63,917 bases of DNA, filler included, from Perkinsus olseni (GCA_013115125.1; 6 parts of 6 records of this genome joined end to end with filler, not necessarily neighbours in it); one strand, 5' to 3'. Shown: positions 38,605-51,577, counted from the first letter of the whole stretch. Numbers and translations are program-made. The notes: generated from the letters alone by a model not told the origin.

Positions 38605-39432
38605 TCACTCGCCGAATAGCCATTTTCTGAGAGCTTCTGTGGAGCCCTTTGAGCCATCAAAGGCGATACTGCGATACCGAGCGAAGGGTGCCGACCGCCT
38701 CCCCGAGGACATGACATGCGGCAAGGTTACACTCCGATATTCAGGAGAATATCGCCCCTCCGCTTCATTACCATCAGTGCGCACAGCCAAGGATTCTCTC
38801 TCCGCGAGGATAGGGCTTGAGTATCTTCGAGCTCCACTGGCCTCAGGCGTCATAGGTTGACCCCTGCTCGCCGCAACTGCCCTGCTGCGCAAGTCCCTTC
38901 GCGAGGCCTCTGCCGATCTCATCAAGAGCTCCCAGTGCTCCTCGGCGCTTTTGACCGCATCTCTCCTCCTCCCTGCGCGGTTTGACTCCATCGGCTGAAT
39001 CGGATCCGTAGAAGATGGACCCGTATCAATCGCTATGGCCGACATGGACTCCGACGATACCCCCTCAAACGGGCACCACTCGTCGGCCCACTTGTCGTAG
39101 GTCCCTAGAGCCATCTCAGAGACGCAGCTACTACTGTTGTTGTCCAGCCGCCGGGCCGTCATCGCTGTGCTCTCATCCCTGGTGGAAACAGACAAATCGC
39201 CGACACCTCGGTCCTGAGTGTCGGGAGAATGGAGAGAGCGAGGAAAGCTCTTCTTCAGCTCGGTTTCGAGACGGCCCACTGCCAATCGTAGCTCCTGTAG
39301 ATCCTCGGAGCTTCCCCTAGTGTCGCAACCAACGGCGATGTGGCAAACTGGCGGGTCGAAGACCTCATCGCGGCGCAGCATTCGCGCTACAGAGAACCTT
39401 CGGTTTCCAGCCGAGCTTCTTGCAGAAGACAA
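38605..39432 (-). CDS. Hypothetical low-complexity protein, last exon of a probable multi-exon gene
   Basis: 275-codon ORF ending ...STEALRKWLFGE*; upstream exons likely extend to ~40700; no family recognised. Confidence 0.45.
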   Translation of the reverse strand: MSSARSSAGNRRFSVARMLRRDEVFDPPVCHIAVGCDTRGSSEDLQELRLAVGRLETELKKSFPRSLHSPDTQDRGVGDLSVSTRDESTAMTARRLDNNSSSCVSEMALGTYDKWADEWCPFEGVSSESMSAIAIDTGPSSTDPIQPMESNRAGRRRDAVKSAEEHWELLMRSAEASRRDLRSRAVAASRGQPMTPEASGARRYSSPILAERESLAVRTDGNEAEGRYSPEYRSVTLPHVMSSGRRSAPFARYRSIAFDGSKGSTEALRKWLFGE

Positions 39433-41364
39433 CGTGGACGGTGTAATTGCGGCGGGCGAGACTAAAGCCTGGTCGAAGGAACCACAACCTGGTGCCCGAC
39501 ACCGAACCGTGAGTCAAGACAGTTCCCTGCATCCTCCCTCGACCTCCCTGTTAGGTGCTATTGCACTCAGCAACGCCACGGCAACATGATTACCTCAACT
39601 ATTCGACCATCACTTAGCTGAGCGCCGCGAGGTTAAGAACGGTCGGAACATAATCCCTCTCAGAAGTTCTGAGTCAGCACTGCACAAGGGCCTACACTAG
39701 TACTTCGCTCCTCAGCATGCCAACGACGCTTCAGGGGGCTTAAGGCTCCGTTCTCGCGAGCAGACTAGCGCTGCATCACCTCACGCTTACTACAGAGCGA
39801 GTTGTATATGAAGAGCCCGACCCGTAGTCTACTAACTTCTCTAGAGCAAGACCCTTCCACCAACGCCGGTTTTTACCTCTATTCCCTCCATACTGTCTTC
39901 GACCTCCTCGAGTAGTGACTGCACTTCGGCGATGACCATCCACTGCAATCCACTGCAAACTCAGCCACCATCCGCACGGTAACTCGGAACAGGTTAGAAG
40001 GGAGAAGCACAGAACTCCACACTCCTTAATCTGCTGAACGTTCAATCATTCCAGTATGAGCCTCCATCGGACGGAACAGAGCGGTTACTTCCGCCACAGC
40101 CATCCAGCCGTCAAGGGAAGAGAAAGACGCGGGAACCGTTTCGTACCGCGACGAATCTTCGTGGGCTCTCGCGTTATCGAAGGTCAAGACGTTAGGCTCC
40201 TGGGTTCGACAAGACACCCAGGATGATGACGGGCGCAAATTTCCGAAGCCACGCTGAGTGACGCTTAGGAGCTCTGCAACTACGCAGGACTTGATCGTAA
40301 GATGAGTGACTAGCTCAGGCAATTGTGCTTTCGACTGTATAGGGGTGGTACGATGAGGCCATAGCTGGCAGGTCGGACACGCTTGTTGTGCTGAGATGTC
40401 CGTTTCCTATGAGGGAGGTTCTCGCGACTACGACAAGTCGAAGGTCGGCAGGTAGTACACAGCGTCTCGCCGCAACAGAATGCTGGCCCTCTGCAGAGCT
40501 GCTTTCCTGGTGGTCATGAATCTGACAAAGCCATCGGAACACTCGCCCCCCTTCTAACCACCAGGAAATCACCTTTTCCCTGAGGTTTTCCCGTAGACCC
40601 TCGTTGTCAGCAGCATGCTAGCTCAACAACCACTAACCCACGCAAGCAAATGCCTTTCACCATCATCAAGCCCACATCATCTAATATACCAACACTCTTG
40701 GGTCGAGTAATATAAATTTTATATCTGTCCCTTCCTCTGTTTGCACACCTCTTTTCGCATCCTCCCTAGTACACGGAGTTATCAACAGGACCTTCGCCTA
40801 GAATGCGCGCCCGCTGCTCGGACGACTTGCTCACCCCACATTCCTTCGCCTTAACGCCATCTGCCGGCTGCAGCGGCACAATATCACTGGTATCATTCCC
40901 GCTCTCTGCATTCCTTTCTTCAAGACGATGATTTGGGTAGAACTCAGAACCCTAGCTCATCACCAAACTTTCTGACGAGCTCTGCTCATCTCCCCGCGGC
41001 CAAATCGAACTGGAACACAAACCGGAACAATTCAGTGAAGAAAGCTGGGAGGACTCGAGAGCTCGACAACGTGATAGTAAAGGTCCAGAAATCAACACAA
41101 GAAGGGCACAAAGGCACTCTTCGATATACTCTACTGCGGCGAAGCGATAAGAACTACTCTTAAACAGACTGATACACCTACTGAGGCATGCAGAGTCAAC
41201 TGCCCTTGGCTACGACTACTGATGCTGCTCAATCAGGAGATCAGCTCAGAAGATTAGATGTCCTCAGCTGATCAGAGAATTCACAAAGGCGAAGCCCAGT
41301 TTGAATCCTTCAACTGCTGCCACCTAGCAATCAGTTGCACTGGATCAACTTTTAGGAAAAATTA

Positions 41365-43182
41365 TCAGGTCGGACACGGTGTCGTCGTAGGGCAAGGGGG
41401 CTGTGTCGGACACGGGGTAGTTGTTGGGCAAGGTGGATACGTGGATGACGTTGTTGTAGTCGTCGTTTTGGTCGTTTTTGTGGTAGTCGTAGGGCAAGGG
41501 GGCTGTGTCGGACACGGGGTAGTTGTGGGACAGGGAGGATACGTGGATGACGTTGTAGTTGTAGTCGTCGACGTAGTGGTTGTAGTCGTAGCTGTTGTAG
41601 TAGTTTTAGTGGTAGTAGTTCTTGGGGTCTTAGTGGTTATAGTTGTCGTAGTCGTAGGATACGGCGGATGTGTCGGACACGGTGTCGTCGTAGGGCAAGG
41701 GGGCTGTGTCGGACACGGGGTAGTTGTGGGACAGGGAGGATACGTGGATGACGTTGTAGTTGTAGTCGTCGACGTAGTGGTTGTAGTCGTAGCTGTTGTA
41801 GTAGTTTTAGTGGTAGTAGTTCTTGGGGTCTTAGTGGTTATAGTTGTCGTAGTCGTAGGATACGGCGGATGTGNNNNNNNNNNNNNNNNNNNNNNNNNNN
41901 NNNNNNNNNNNNNNNNNNNNNNNNNNNNNNNNNNNNNNNNNNNNNNNNNNNNNNNNNNNNNNNNNNNNNNNTAGTCGTAGGATACGGCGGATGTGTCGGA
42001 CACGGGGTAGTTGTTGGGCAAGGTGGATACGTGGATGACGTTGTCGTAGTCGTCGTTGCAGTAGATTTAGTGGTTGTGGTCCCCGTTGTGGTGGTCGTAG
42101 TCGTTGTAGTCGTCGTTTTGGTGGTTTTTGTGGTAGTCGTGGGGCACGGAGGGTACGTCGGGCACGGGGTAGTTGTTGGACAGGGGGGATAGGTAGATGA
42201 TGTCGTTGTGGTTGTAGTGGTAGTAGATCCTGTTTTCATAGTGGTTGTCGTAGTCGTGGACTTTGGATAAGGCGGACGTGTCGGACACGGGGTAGTTGTT
42301 GGATAAGGAGGATACCTAGATGACGTCGTAGTGGTTGTAGTAGTAGTGGTTTTCGTGGTAGTTGTGGGGCACGGAGGGTACTTGGATGACGTAGTAGCCG
42401 TCGTAGTTGTCTTAGCAGTCGTATTAGTCGCGGTGGTGGTGGTGGTGGTCGTCGTCGTAGTCGTGGTGGTGGTCGTAGTAATCGTGGTGGGCTTTGTGGT
42501 AGTCGTGGGGTATGGAGGCTGTGTTGGACACGGGGTCGTCGTGGGGCACGGCGGCTGTGTCGGACAGGGGGTAGTCGTTGGGCATGGGGGATACTTCGAT
42601 GACGTCGTGGTAGTCGTAGTGGTTGTAGTGGTTGTGGTAGTCGTGGTAGTAGTCGTGGGGCAAGGAGGTTGCGTCGGACACGGAGTAGTGGTAGGGCAAG
42701 GAGGTTGCGTCGGACACGGGTTAGTTGTGGGGCTAGGAGGCTGTGTGGGATGGACTGTCGTCTTTTTTCCCGGACAGGGCACAGGGGAGCCCTCCAAGCA
42801 GTCGGGGTCTTCCTTCCACACGCAAAAGTTATTAGGATGGGATGGAGTGGGTTTGTAATATCTGAGGAGAGTGAACAGGTCAAAAGATGTGACCTTGAGG
42901 GTGACTGCACACTCACAAGGCCTGGCAGATACCAGTCTCCGGGAACTGTGAGTCGGGCTTGCAATAGGAGCCCGGATGCAGATCCTGGCAGCTCGTCTGA
43001 AAAACCATAGGGTGTCACGCGAGTCAAGGAGGGCGAGAACGAGGCCCAGCATGGGCCATTCCGTGGAGGATGGGATGTAGAGTTGCAACTGTCGACCTTA
43101 CCGGAGGGTAACGGTAGGGCCGCCGAGCGGCACCGCCGAGCAGTAGACTCGAAAGGGTTGCTAGAAAGAAAAGCCGAACCAT
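41365..43182 (-). CDS. Secreted mucin-like protein: signal peptide, Cys-rich GSYCK domain, Thr-rich PPCPTTTPCPT repeats
   Basis: Exons 43182-43102 (MVRLFFLATLSSLLLGG), 42996-42917 (TSCQDLHPGSYCKPDSQFPETGICQAL) and 42861-41365 across a gap (YYK...FCVWKEDPDCLEGSPVPC, then repeats). Confidence 0.85.
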
Positions 43183-43615
43183 CGGGTTAGAGAGTCCACC
43201 GCAGGGAAGAAAACGGTGGTTATCAAGCCTGCCCATCAGTCTCGAGACAAGCTCCAAGTGGTACTCGGTAAGCCGCCACCGTGGCCCGTTCACTTGTGAC
43301 GCCTCCAATGATGTGACGCACACCGCAATCGATCAGACCGCGTGATCACGCGTGCACTGGGCGCCAGTAGTTGGCCAGAAGGCGTTGGGCTCCACGCCCA
43401 TGGTAGTGGTAACAGTATACCAGTGCCAAGCATATTCGTTGGGTGGCTCCAGCACTCACGTCGAATCTTGCTCACGAAAACAGCACCAGCCTGGAATGTG
43501 GGCGAGCGCCCAGTTTCGCGGCGCGCGGCTCGGTGTGCGCCGTCTTGCCAAGGAGACCGTTGAGTAGTTGAGTTACTGTAGGTTTCTCTTGTTACTCCCT
43601 ATTATCACAAACCAA

Positions 43616-44770
43616 ATGCCTAATGACACTCATCGTTCGGCTCCATGCGCTAGTGAGCTTACCGCCGTCAACAACAGCAAGATCAGTAGTTCATCTAGGA
43701 GGAACTCCTATGACCTCAACACTGGGCCGTCTAGGCTTGGCTCCATTTGCACTAGTACCACTCCTTTCGCAAATCACGGAGAGGTCCATGGCGAGCATGT
43801 GCCATTGACCATTCAAAGTAGCCCAGTGAGGGTATCACCAGCACTACATAGACTACCTTCGATCAGGTTTGATTCGATCAGCGGCAGCAGTCGACGAGCT
43901 TGATGACGACAACCTGTATGCCGTATGCAAAGCAGCAGTTCAGCACGGCCGTCCTCGTTCCCATGCCAACGCGATCGCTTCCATGACTCGATCCAGGTCG
44001 ACTCGAGGACGGCTGTCTTACGAGGAGCTTCACCACTTGATGGCTGCCACCATCTCCGGTGTCGAACTATGTGACTTCATACCAGGGTCCACCAGTACTT
44101 CGGCGCACAGCAGCAGTCCGAGTAGTGCTAGCCGCAGTAGGAGGGCACAGAAGGTCATCGTCAATTTCTGTCCTATGCCTAAGATGCATTACTTTTACAA
44201 TGCTCTCGCTCTCCCAGAGGTAGTACTACCATGGCAATATCGTGGCGCGCGGTCGTGCAAGGCGTATTGGGGTCAGGTCTCACAGAATTACTACGACGAT
44301 ATTTATCTCCGACCAAACGCCTGTCTAATTAACCCGCCGGTGTCGCATTCCTCGCCTCGGTCCGCGCACCACCAGCATCGTCATCGTGATGATAGCAGTA
44401 GTAGTAAAAATAATGGCTACTGCGCTACGGCGACGAGTACTAGCAGCAGTGTTGGAAGGAGGTTATCGACAGTCAAGGGAGTAGGGAGCCTTTACTGAGA
44501 TTGCCCATCCGATTTTACTATTTTTCTATCAGAATGAAGGCGTGACCCCATCTCCGCCTGCCGGCCTGCCTGAGGGGACCAGTGTGCAGGAGGCGGCTCC
44601 CTCTCCTCCCATGCCGGATGCTATGGTAATATAGGTCTGTTATAGTATTGAGTATGATCACGTTGCTGTGGTTAGATCAACCGTGAGCCGTCGATTGACA
44701 AGGGTAGTGGTAGCCCTCGATCGACTGCCCCTGCCGCTGGCAGCGGCAGTACTGGTGCGACGCCACAGTG
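43616..44770 (+). CDS. Hypothetical protein, multi-exon
   Basis: Long exon 43869-44480 with a globular-looking core (VIVNFCPMPKMHYFYNALALPEVVLPWQY); no family recognised. Confidence 0.45.
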
Positions 44771-45650
44771 AAGCAGCCCTTTTGTATAATGAGTAGCCCC
44801 TATATATTATATGATATGGTCATGTTGGTGACACTATAATTCTGCTGTCGTTGACAAGTAGTGGCTGTTATCGTGGCCCTGTTACCGGCCATCGGATGAT
44901 GACAGTCAAAGGAAGCCCTAGTCTATGGACGATCATTTCGCACACCTTTCGAGATCATCACCATAGTAATCGTTACTAGTCGTCTACAGTATTGGTGTAC
45001 AAAGTTGAAGCAGCAGTCGTTTGTATTTATACCGTTAACCACAAACCCGTAGAACCGCCAGTCCGACCGCCACCACTCCGCAGCATCATCGTCATCATCA
45101 TCACTGGCCGCAGAGAGAATATAGGTATTATCCATTTTTTCTGAGGCGATTCGAAGTTTGTCTGTCCGCTTGTTGCATAGCACTGTTCTTGATTGATAAC
45201 TACCGCTGCCTACGGATTGCGGCTACTCGGGTAATTTTCGTGGTCCTGGTCGTTGTCATCGCAGTGGTGGTGGTTGTAGTAGTTGTAGTACTGGCTGGCC
45301 ACAGATCGGAAGGCTTCCTTTCGCTGTTGCTACTCTTCCCCGGGCGGAAGAAGGAACACGATCGGCGTCAGGCGGTACTGCTTCTCTGGCTGTTTCTTCC
45401 TTCATTCGGCGGCATAAGACAGGCAGCGATTGAGTTTGCATCGCCATGCTGCTGCTGGTCTGTCCTCTCTACTACTACCACTTTCCTCGGGGACTAATGC
45501 TCCTACCACGTGTAGTGTTGAGTTCGGGAAGGGTACGGTGGAGGAGACACTCATTAGGATGATCATCAGGAGGGTCTCGTCGGATGGAGCGATTGGATCC
45601 CCGATTACTCGCCTTGTCGTCGCGGCAGGGCGCTTGCATAGTTTTGAAGA

Positions 45651-46583
45651 TTGTTAGTTGTGATGCTCGACGAAGATGATGCGCAGGGCTCGGAAAATCG
45701 ACTAGTTCGCAGTTGGGGGCCTGAGGGTGTTAGAATAGCAAGGGAGTCGAGGGAAATGGAGAAGATGGGATTCTTCACTAGAGGGACCGTGACGAGGCGA
45801 CGGGAGTCTTCCGAGGGGGAAGAAGGGGCGGAAGGACCACTATGTGTAGGGATAGGATCGATCCTGGGACCTTCGGGATGTTGAAGTGGTTTCTTATCGG
45901 TTACGCTAATTGTGATCGTGAGCGTGAGCGTGCAAAGGGAGGAGTTTGTTCTTTCCAGAGCCGGTGGGAGATCGATCCAGCAGAATTGCAGCAGGAAGAG
46001 AGAATAGGAAGGGGGTCGACGGCGGAGGTGTACAGGGGCACTTGGAAGGGTAATGGGAAGGGGTTGTGGGTGAAAAAGTCCGAGAACTTGACAGGCAAAA
46101 CGGTGGCGATAAAGGAATTCCGGACCGACAATCGGAAGAATCTCATCTTGAAGCGAGAGTTGGAGGCAACATTGAAGTTTTGTGCGGAGGCGTGTCATCC
46201 CAACATAGTAGGAGGGGGCATGGTAGTCCACTGCTCTTGAGTGGGAAGGGCGCAGGTTCGATTCTATGGTGCGGCACTTTCTACTGCGCCCCTATTACTG
46301 GTGACGGAATATTGTGCTGGAGGTAATACGTGTTGGGCGTTGCTCAACCATCACCTATTCTTCAGGCACTGTCTTTCACTTCGTCCACAAAAGGACGACG
46401 CTTTGGGACACCTCACTTCAGCAGAAACTAAAGATGTGCCTTGATGTTGCCAGAGCAATGCGGTGCTAGAGCGGTGGAAGGCTGGGCGTTTTAGCGATGT
46501 TTAGATACCTCCACTCGGTCGACCCTCCGATGCTGCATAGAGATCTCAAGAGCTTGAACTTGCTACTAGCGCACCCATTAAAT
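45651..46583 (+). CDS. Tyrosine-kinase-like (TKL/Raf-like) protein kinase, 3' truncated
   Basis: WEIDPAEL...IGRGSTAEVYRGTWK|GKTVAIK...HPNI|VRFYGA...LVTEYCAG...DVARAM|YLHSVDPPMLHRDLKSLNLLL. Confidence 0.88.
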
Positions 46584-46607
46584 GTGAGTTGCGGGGAAGG
46601 AGTGGTA

Positions 46608-46622
46608 TTGTTGTTGTTGTTT

Positions 46623-46680
<58 letters not shown>
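46608..46680. repeat. (GTT)n microsatellite at scaffold end
   Basis: Direct reading. Confidence 0.95.
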
Positions 46681-47139
46681 NNNNNNNNNNNNNNNNNNNN
46701 NNNNNNNNNNNNNNNNNNNNNNNNTTAATTAATTAANNNNNNNNNNNNNNNNNNNNNNNNNNNNNNNNNNNNNNNNNNNNTGCTTTCGTGTTTGTTACGG
46801 CTGCTGCGGGATGACTCTGTGCCTCTATACCAGTGCCCCAGCTACGCTGAGAGTGGCCTTCGATGATCTCAGGAACCATCGACGACATCTCCTGCAGGCC
46901 GCACATCAACACGAAACGTGGCCGGCCGCGCTAGCGCATCCTTCAGTAGCCGTCCTTCCTGCTGCCCCGTTGAGGCCCTCCTGGTGTCGCATGTTTCCAA
47001 CTCCCTCTAGCATGGTGTGTCGAAACAGAGACTAACTATGACCTCGGCCAGGGGTCATTCGCGTGCGCTCCAGGCTCGAGCGCATGGCGGATGCGCCGCG
47101 TACGTCTCAGCAAGGCGATCACGTCTCGTCTCGCGAATC

Positions 47140-48072
47140 ATGATGTGCACTTTTAGTACTTCAGAATTCTCCGAAATGCGATCAACTTCTTCCCGACCCA
47201 TCGGCCTAGTCATCGGAGCTCTCCTTCTCCTGACAGTCGGCGCTACCAGGGATGATTATGCCTGTCATTTTCCTGACGATCCCCATCAACCAATCTCTTG
47301 TCTGGTCTCTGCTGTCAAGGAATCAATTGTCTTTGATCGGTCCAACTACCAGGGTCCATATTACTACTCTGAGCATACCATGACAACTGACGCGGACGGT
47401 ATGAAGCGGTACTCGAGTGTCACTTGTAAAGTCACTCGGGTTCGACGTGAGAAAAGGAAGTTTTTCGAGCTGGTTGGCTCATGCGATATGGAGTGGTTGC
47501 GAGATGCCGGTCTCGTCGCCTACACTGCCAAGCCTAATGGGTATATGGTGTATGTGCCCCGTGGGGATGGTAATGAAGCTCGATACTTCAAACGACTCGC
47601 GGCTAAGAGAGCGGCTGATATGCGCATTCCTCGACACGGCAACAAGGGTGATGTCGTCGCGGCATACGTAAACGATGAGCCCGAGGGATGGGAGGTACAT
47701 GTCTCCCTCGGAGCGAAGGCTCTCCTGTCTAAGAAACGCAAAGCCCATGCAGTATTCTACATGGTTAAACAGGGACACCGTTGGAGCTTGCCGAGCGCAT
47801 TAAGTGGCCCGTACTATGAGGTTATGTTGGACGGAATCAACAATGGAGAAGCCTTCTTCTTCAAGCATGGCTCTAATCACAGGCCTGGTATATATGCTAC
47901 CTTCTTGACCATGTTCGACAAAGTGTATTTACTCTTCGACACACCTGATAGGAACAACACCTGGGTGATAGGTAAGCGGCAGCTCGCCATCTATCATGCC
48001 GCTGTGATCTTTTATTGTTCCTACCAAACAACAAAGATGATACGAGCGTATGCTGTTCTGCTAGCTCAATGA
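47140..48072 (+). CDS. Secreted protein, family A copy 1 (true C-terminus probably spliced to ~48284)
   Basis: Signal-like IGLVIGALLLLTVGA; DDYACHFPDDP..PISCLV; AFFFKHGS..RPG; paralogous to 48736 and 53835. Confidence 0.75.
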   Translation: MMCTFSTSEFSEMRSTSSRPIGLVIGALLLLTVGATRDDYACHFPDDPHQPISCLVSAVKESIVFDRSNYQGPYYYSEHTMTTDADGMKRYSSVTCKVTRVRREKRKFFELVGSCDMEWLRDAGLVAYTAKPNGYMVYVPRGDGNEARYFKRLAAKRAADMRIPRHGNKGDVVAAYVNDEPEGWEVHVSLGAKALLSKKRKAHAVFYMVKQGHRWSLPSALSGPYYEVMLDGINNGEAFFFKHGSNHRPGIYATFLTMFDKVYLLFDTPDRNNTWVIGKRQLAIYHAAVIFYCSYQTTKMIRAYAVLLAQ

Positions 48073-48735
48073 AAAGCAAACAATGGCGGCGGTGTCGAGA
48101 CCTTGTTCGACCAGCGCGGGCCTCACTTCGAGCTGCACGCGCTGGATTCCCGCTCCACTCCGTTAATCAGTATGCTGATCATTTCTCAGAGACGATGGAC
48201 GGGCGGCCTGTGAGTAGGAATGCTCATGAGAACCTCCACCAAGGTACCGTAAGGTCTCCAAGCGGACGTCTTTATCACCCATGACCCTCCAGAAACTCGT
48301 CGTTCATCTCAGTTACGAAGATGTAGTCCGATGCTGGCAGTTTATCAACTCTCTCTGTGAGCTCACTCGCGAACGGTGACGAGCATCCTGTGTATGAAGA
48401 TTTTCTCATGATCATCACGATTAACACACACCAGAATTTTCACTTGTGGGGTGGACAGGTCACCCCCTCCTAGGGAACATGTTTTATGCCGTTGTGGATG
48501 TCACGGATATACGTCATTGTTCTTGTGTTGGTTACGGCTTCTGCAGGTTGGGTTTAACTTCGTCTCCCTACGCCGGATTCGAAGATATCAGCTCCCTCAG
48601 CCCTCACAGTAACAGGAGGCATAGCCGGCCGCGCACCTTCCAGAACTTCCTCGACTACGTTTCTACTCGCCGCCTCGCCCTCGCTGGACGATTCAAAGAT
48701 TTACCTTTCTCGTTGATCATGAGGAAACAACGACG

Positions 48736-49692
48736 ATGCACACTCTTAGTTCTTCAGGGTTCTCCGGCATGCGATCATCTGTTTTCCGATCCGTCGGCCT
48801 ACCCATCGGAGCTCTCCTGCTCCTGACAGTCGGCGCTACCAAGGATGATTATGCCTGTCATTTTCCTGATGATCCCCAACAACCAATCTCTTGTCTGGTC
48901 TCTGCTGTCAAGGAATCAATTGTCTTTGATCGGTCCAACTACCAGGGTCCATATTACTACTCTGAGCATACCATGACAACTGACGAGGACGGTATAAAGC
49001 GGTACTCGAGTGTCACTTGTAAAGTCGCTCGGGTTCGACGTGAGAAAAGGAAGTTTTTCGAATCGGTTGGCTCATGCGATATGGAGTGGTTGCGAGATGC
49101 CGGTCTCGTCGCCTACACCGCCGGGTCTAATGGCTATATGGTTGATATGCCGCGAGGGGGTGGTGTTGCCATTAGACACTTCAAAAAACTCACTGTGAAG
49201 GAAATGCGTGAACTTCGCCTCCCTCGACGTGGGAACAGAGGTGATCTCGTCGCGACATACGTGAACGACGAGCCCGAGCGATTGAAAGCACATGTCCTCC
49301 TCGGTCCGAGGTTTTTATTCTCCCAGAAACGCAAAGTGTGCGTCAAATTCTACAGAGTCGAAAGCCTCGGAAATGATGATGAAAGCGGAAATGATGATGG
49401 GAAAGCCTTCTTCTTCAAGCACGGCTCTACTCACAGGCCTGGTGAATATGCTGTTTTCGTGACCATTTTTGACAAGGTGTATCTACTCTTCGACACGCCC
49501 GATAGGAACAACACCGAGCCCGATCTTGGGACGGCCGCCGAACATACAAGCCTATGGGATCCTCCACCGAGGTACCGCACCGTTTCCGAGTCGTGCATTT
49601 CCGTCGCTGCTAGAATCCATGTGAATGTTCGCTCTTTTCGTGTCAGTTACGAGGAAGTAGTCCAAGGCATAGATTTTGAAGCCTCGCTGTGA
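48736..49692 (+). CDS. Secreted protein, family A copy 2
   Basis: N-terminal half nearly identical to copy 1; C-terminal DPPPRY. Confidence 0.8.
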   Translation: MHTLSSSGFSGMRSSVFRSVGLPIGALLLLTVGATKDDYACHFPDDPQQPISCLVSAVKESIVFDRSNYQGPYYYSEHTMTTDEDGIKRYSSVTCKVARVRREKRKFFESVGSCDMEWLRDAGLVAYTAGSNGYMVDMPRGGGVAIRHFKKLTVKEMRELRLPRRGNRGDLVATYVNDEPERLKAHVLLGPRFLFSQKRKVCVKFYRVESLGNDDESGNDDGKAFFFKHGSTHRPGEYAVFVTIFDKVYLLFDTPDRNNTEPDLGTAAEHTSLWDPPPRYRTVSESCISVAARIHVNVRSFRVSYEEVVQGIDFEASL

Positions 49693-50376
49693 CACGTCAG
49701 TAGAAAGGCCCTGGTGGCACGAGGGTCGTGCGACACAACGGCTGCTTGGAATGCCCGTTGAGGTGACCTTGCTTTCCTTATGCAGCATCCAGTAAATAAA
49801 ACATGGTGTGTCACGCTGTGGATGTTATGACGATGTGTTGCTTTTCTGTTGGTAACACCTGTTGGATGGATTTTACCCCGCGTTCTCATGCGGAAGGCAC
49901 CTGTAGTCCTCAGACGCGTGAAGTTATCAAGAAATGAGTATTTAAGATGCCGAGCGATTTCGGGAAGCTCGTCTAACTATCACTCCGTGTTTTTCAACGC
50001 TGCAGCGGCAACTCAGCAAGGTCTTCAAATTCAACGCTCAGTTGATTTCAGCTTCTGTGGTACGGCGTGGATCAACAATAAACAGAGCGCTCAGAGGAGC
50101 TCGTGACTGCAACTCTCGGTTGCAGATTTTCTAATCGGCATTTCAGCGCTCGTACCACTTTTCCCGCTATTCAGTCACCACCTTGGCGACCGCAAAAAGT
50201 TCATCACCAAGGGCACTCTTTGACGTTTTTTAGGGACGTCCGAACGAGTATTCCACTCGTGACGTTAGCCGGTGAATATTATAGGCCCCGCGCACGATGA
50301 CGATTGTGCCGTGCTGGACTTCACTGCGACCCACCAGCGCTCTCAAGTCTCCGTTCTGTTCTGGTTCCGTTGTCTA

Positions 50377-51577
50377 ATGGCCATTAAGAATCCCTTCTGT
50401 ATCTTCATCTTCGGTCTCATAACCATCGTAGCTTCGGAAAGACCATTCAAGTTCTACTGCCGATTCCACGAGGAGCTACGATCCGTGTGCCTCCGAACCA
50501 AGCAGTATAGCGGCCTCTGGATTCACTTCCAACAAGGTTTTTGTTCCTGAAACCAGCTCGAGTGTACCAAAGTATTGGACCCTCAACTGGAAGGCACATC
50601 AGACACAATCGTTCGTCGAACTCCACACCTGTGAGGACTTGACTGTGCCGAGCCCGAGTTGCTTCCCGTGGATCGTCGTTAAACCAATTCGGTATTGCAA
50701 GCATGATGGTAGAGGTGACCGACCGGGCTTCTTCGATATCACTTTCACAAACCGCGGTCCAGCTAAGCGCTTCACACGACTGATGCCGGTCTGAGACCGG
50801 CGGTCTCGATGTATGACATCCCATTGAGGGGAGACCCACCCCAGGCGGAGGTCGTGATGCATCACCCGACGAAATGGACGGCGATATTAAAACAAGGGAT
50901 ATACTCCGAGACGAAGAAGAGATAAAAAAAGGGAAAAAAAGCAAAAAAGGATTCTTGAAATCAAAGCCAACATTTCTGGCGCCGCGACCTCGTATAGGGA
51001 CGTGGGGCCTCTTCTTGATGGCGTCGTACGAGGTTTGAGAGCAAGGATGGATGGAAAGTTTTCGGAGGCTGAAGCTTTCTTCTTCAAGCTCCCGACAACA
51101 ACGAAACAATACGGTCTGATGCTCACCAGAGCGTTCAGCTCATACATGTTGTACAGGACTGACGAAGTTGGGCTCAGACGCCACGATAGGCTCCCACCAG
51201 GGATGCGTTCCCTTTCGGGCGCACTCTTCGGCGATCTGTACTGCTCCGAGTCAGCAAGCAACCTCTTAGGTTCGGTACAAGGCGATTGGCGGACTTGTTC
51301 GGCCTTCCGAGGTACCACCACGAGTGTATCAGCACCGTTGGCCTCTCGAATCCCCCCAGGTACCAACAATCTCGCCCGGATAACGATTACTCTCCCCCCC
51401 ACCTACGAATACTCGATCCCTCCTCCTTACGGTGACTATACTCCTGTATGCTCCGAGGGTCGTTGTCGCCCCGGATTGGAAGGCTCCACCGCGAATGACA
51501 ACGACCCGCCCCCCCCCAGCTATGATGAGGCGACGGAAGCGACTGATGCCTCATCAGATCCCGGAGTAAGTCGTTAG
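50377..51577 (+). pseudogene. Secreted protein family B copy 1, frameshifted
   Basis: MAIKNPFCIFIFGLITIVASERPFKFYCRF... and EAFFFKLPTTTKQYGLML...LYRTDEV lie in different frames; 14-nt insertion at 50793-50806 relative to the copy at 57425. Confidence 0.75.

Noticed and set aside
41258-42858. Val/Gly-rich plus-strand ORFs
   Set aside because: Antisense shadows of the Thr/Pro/Cys mucin, which has a signal peptide and splice sites on the minus strand.
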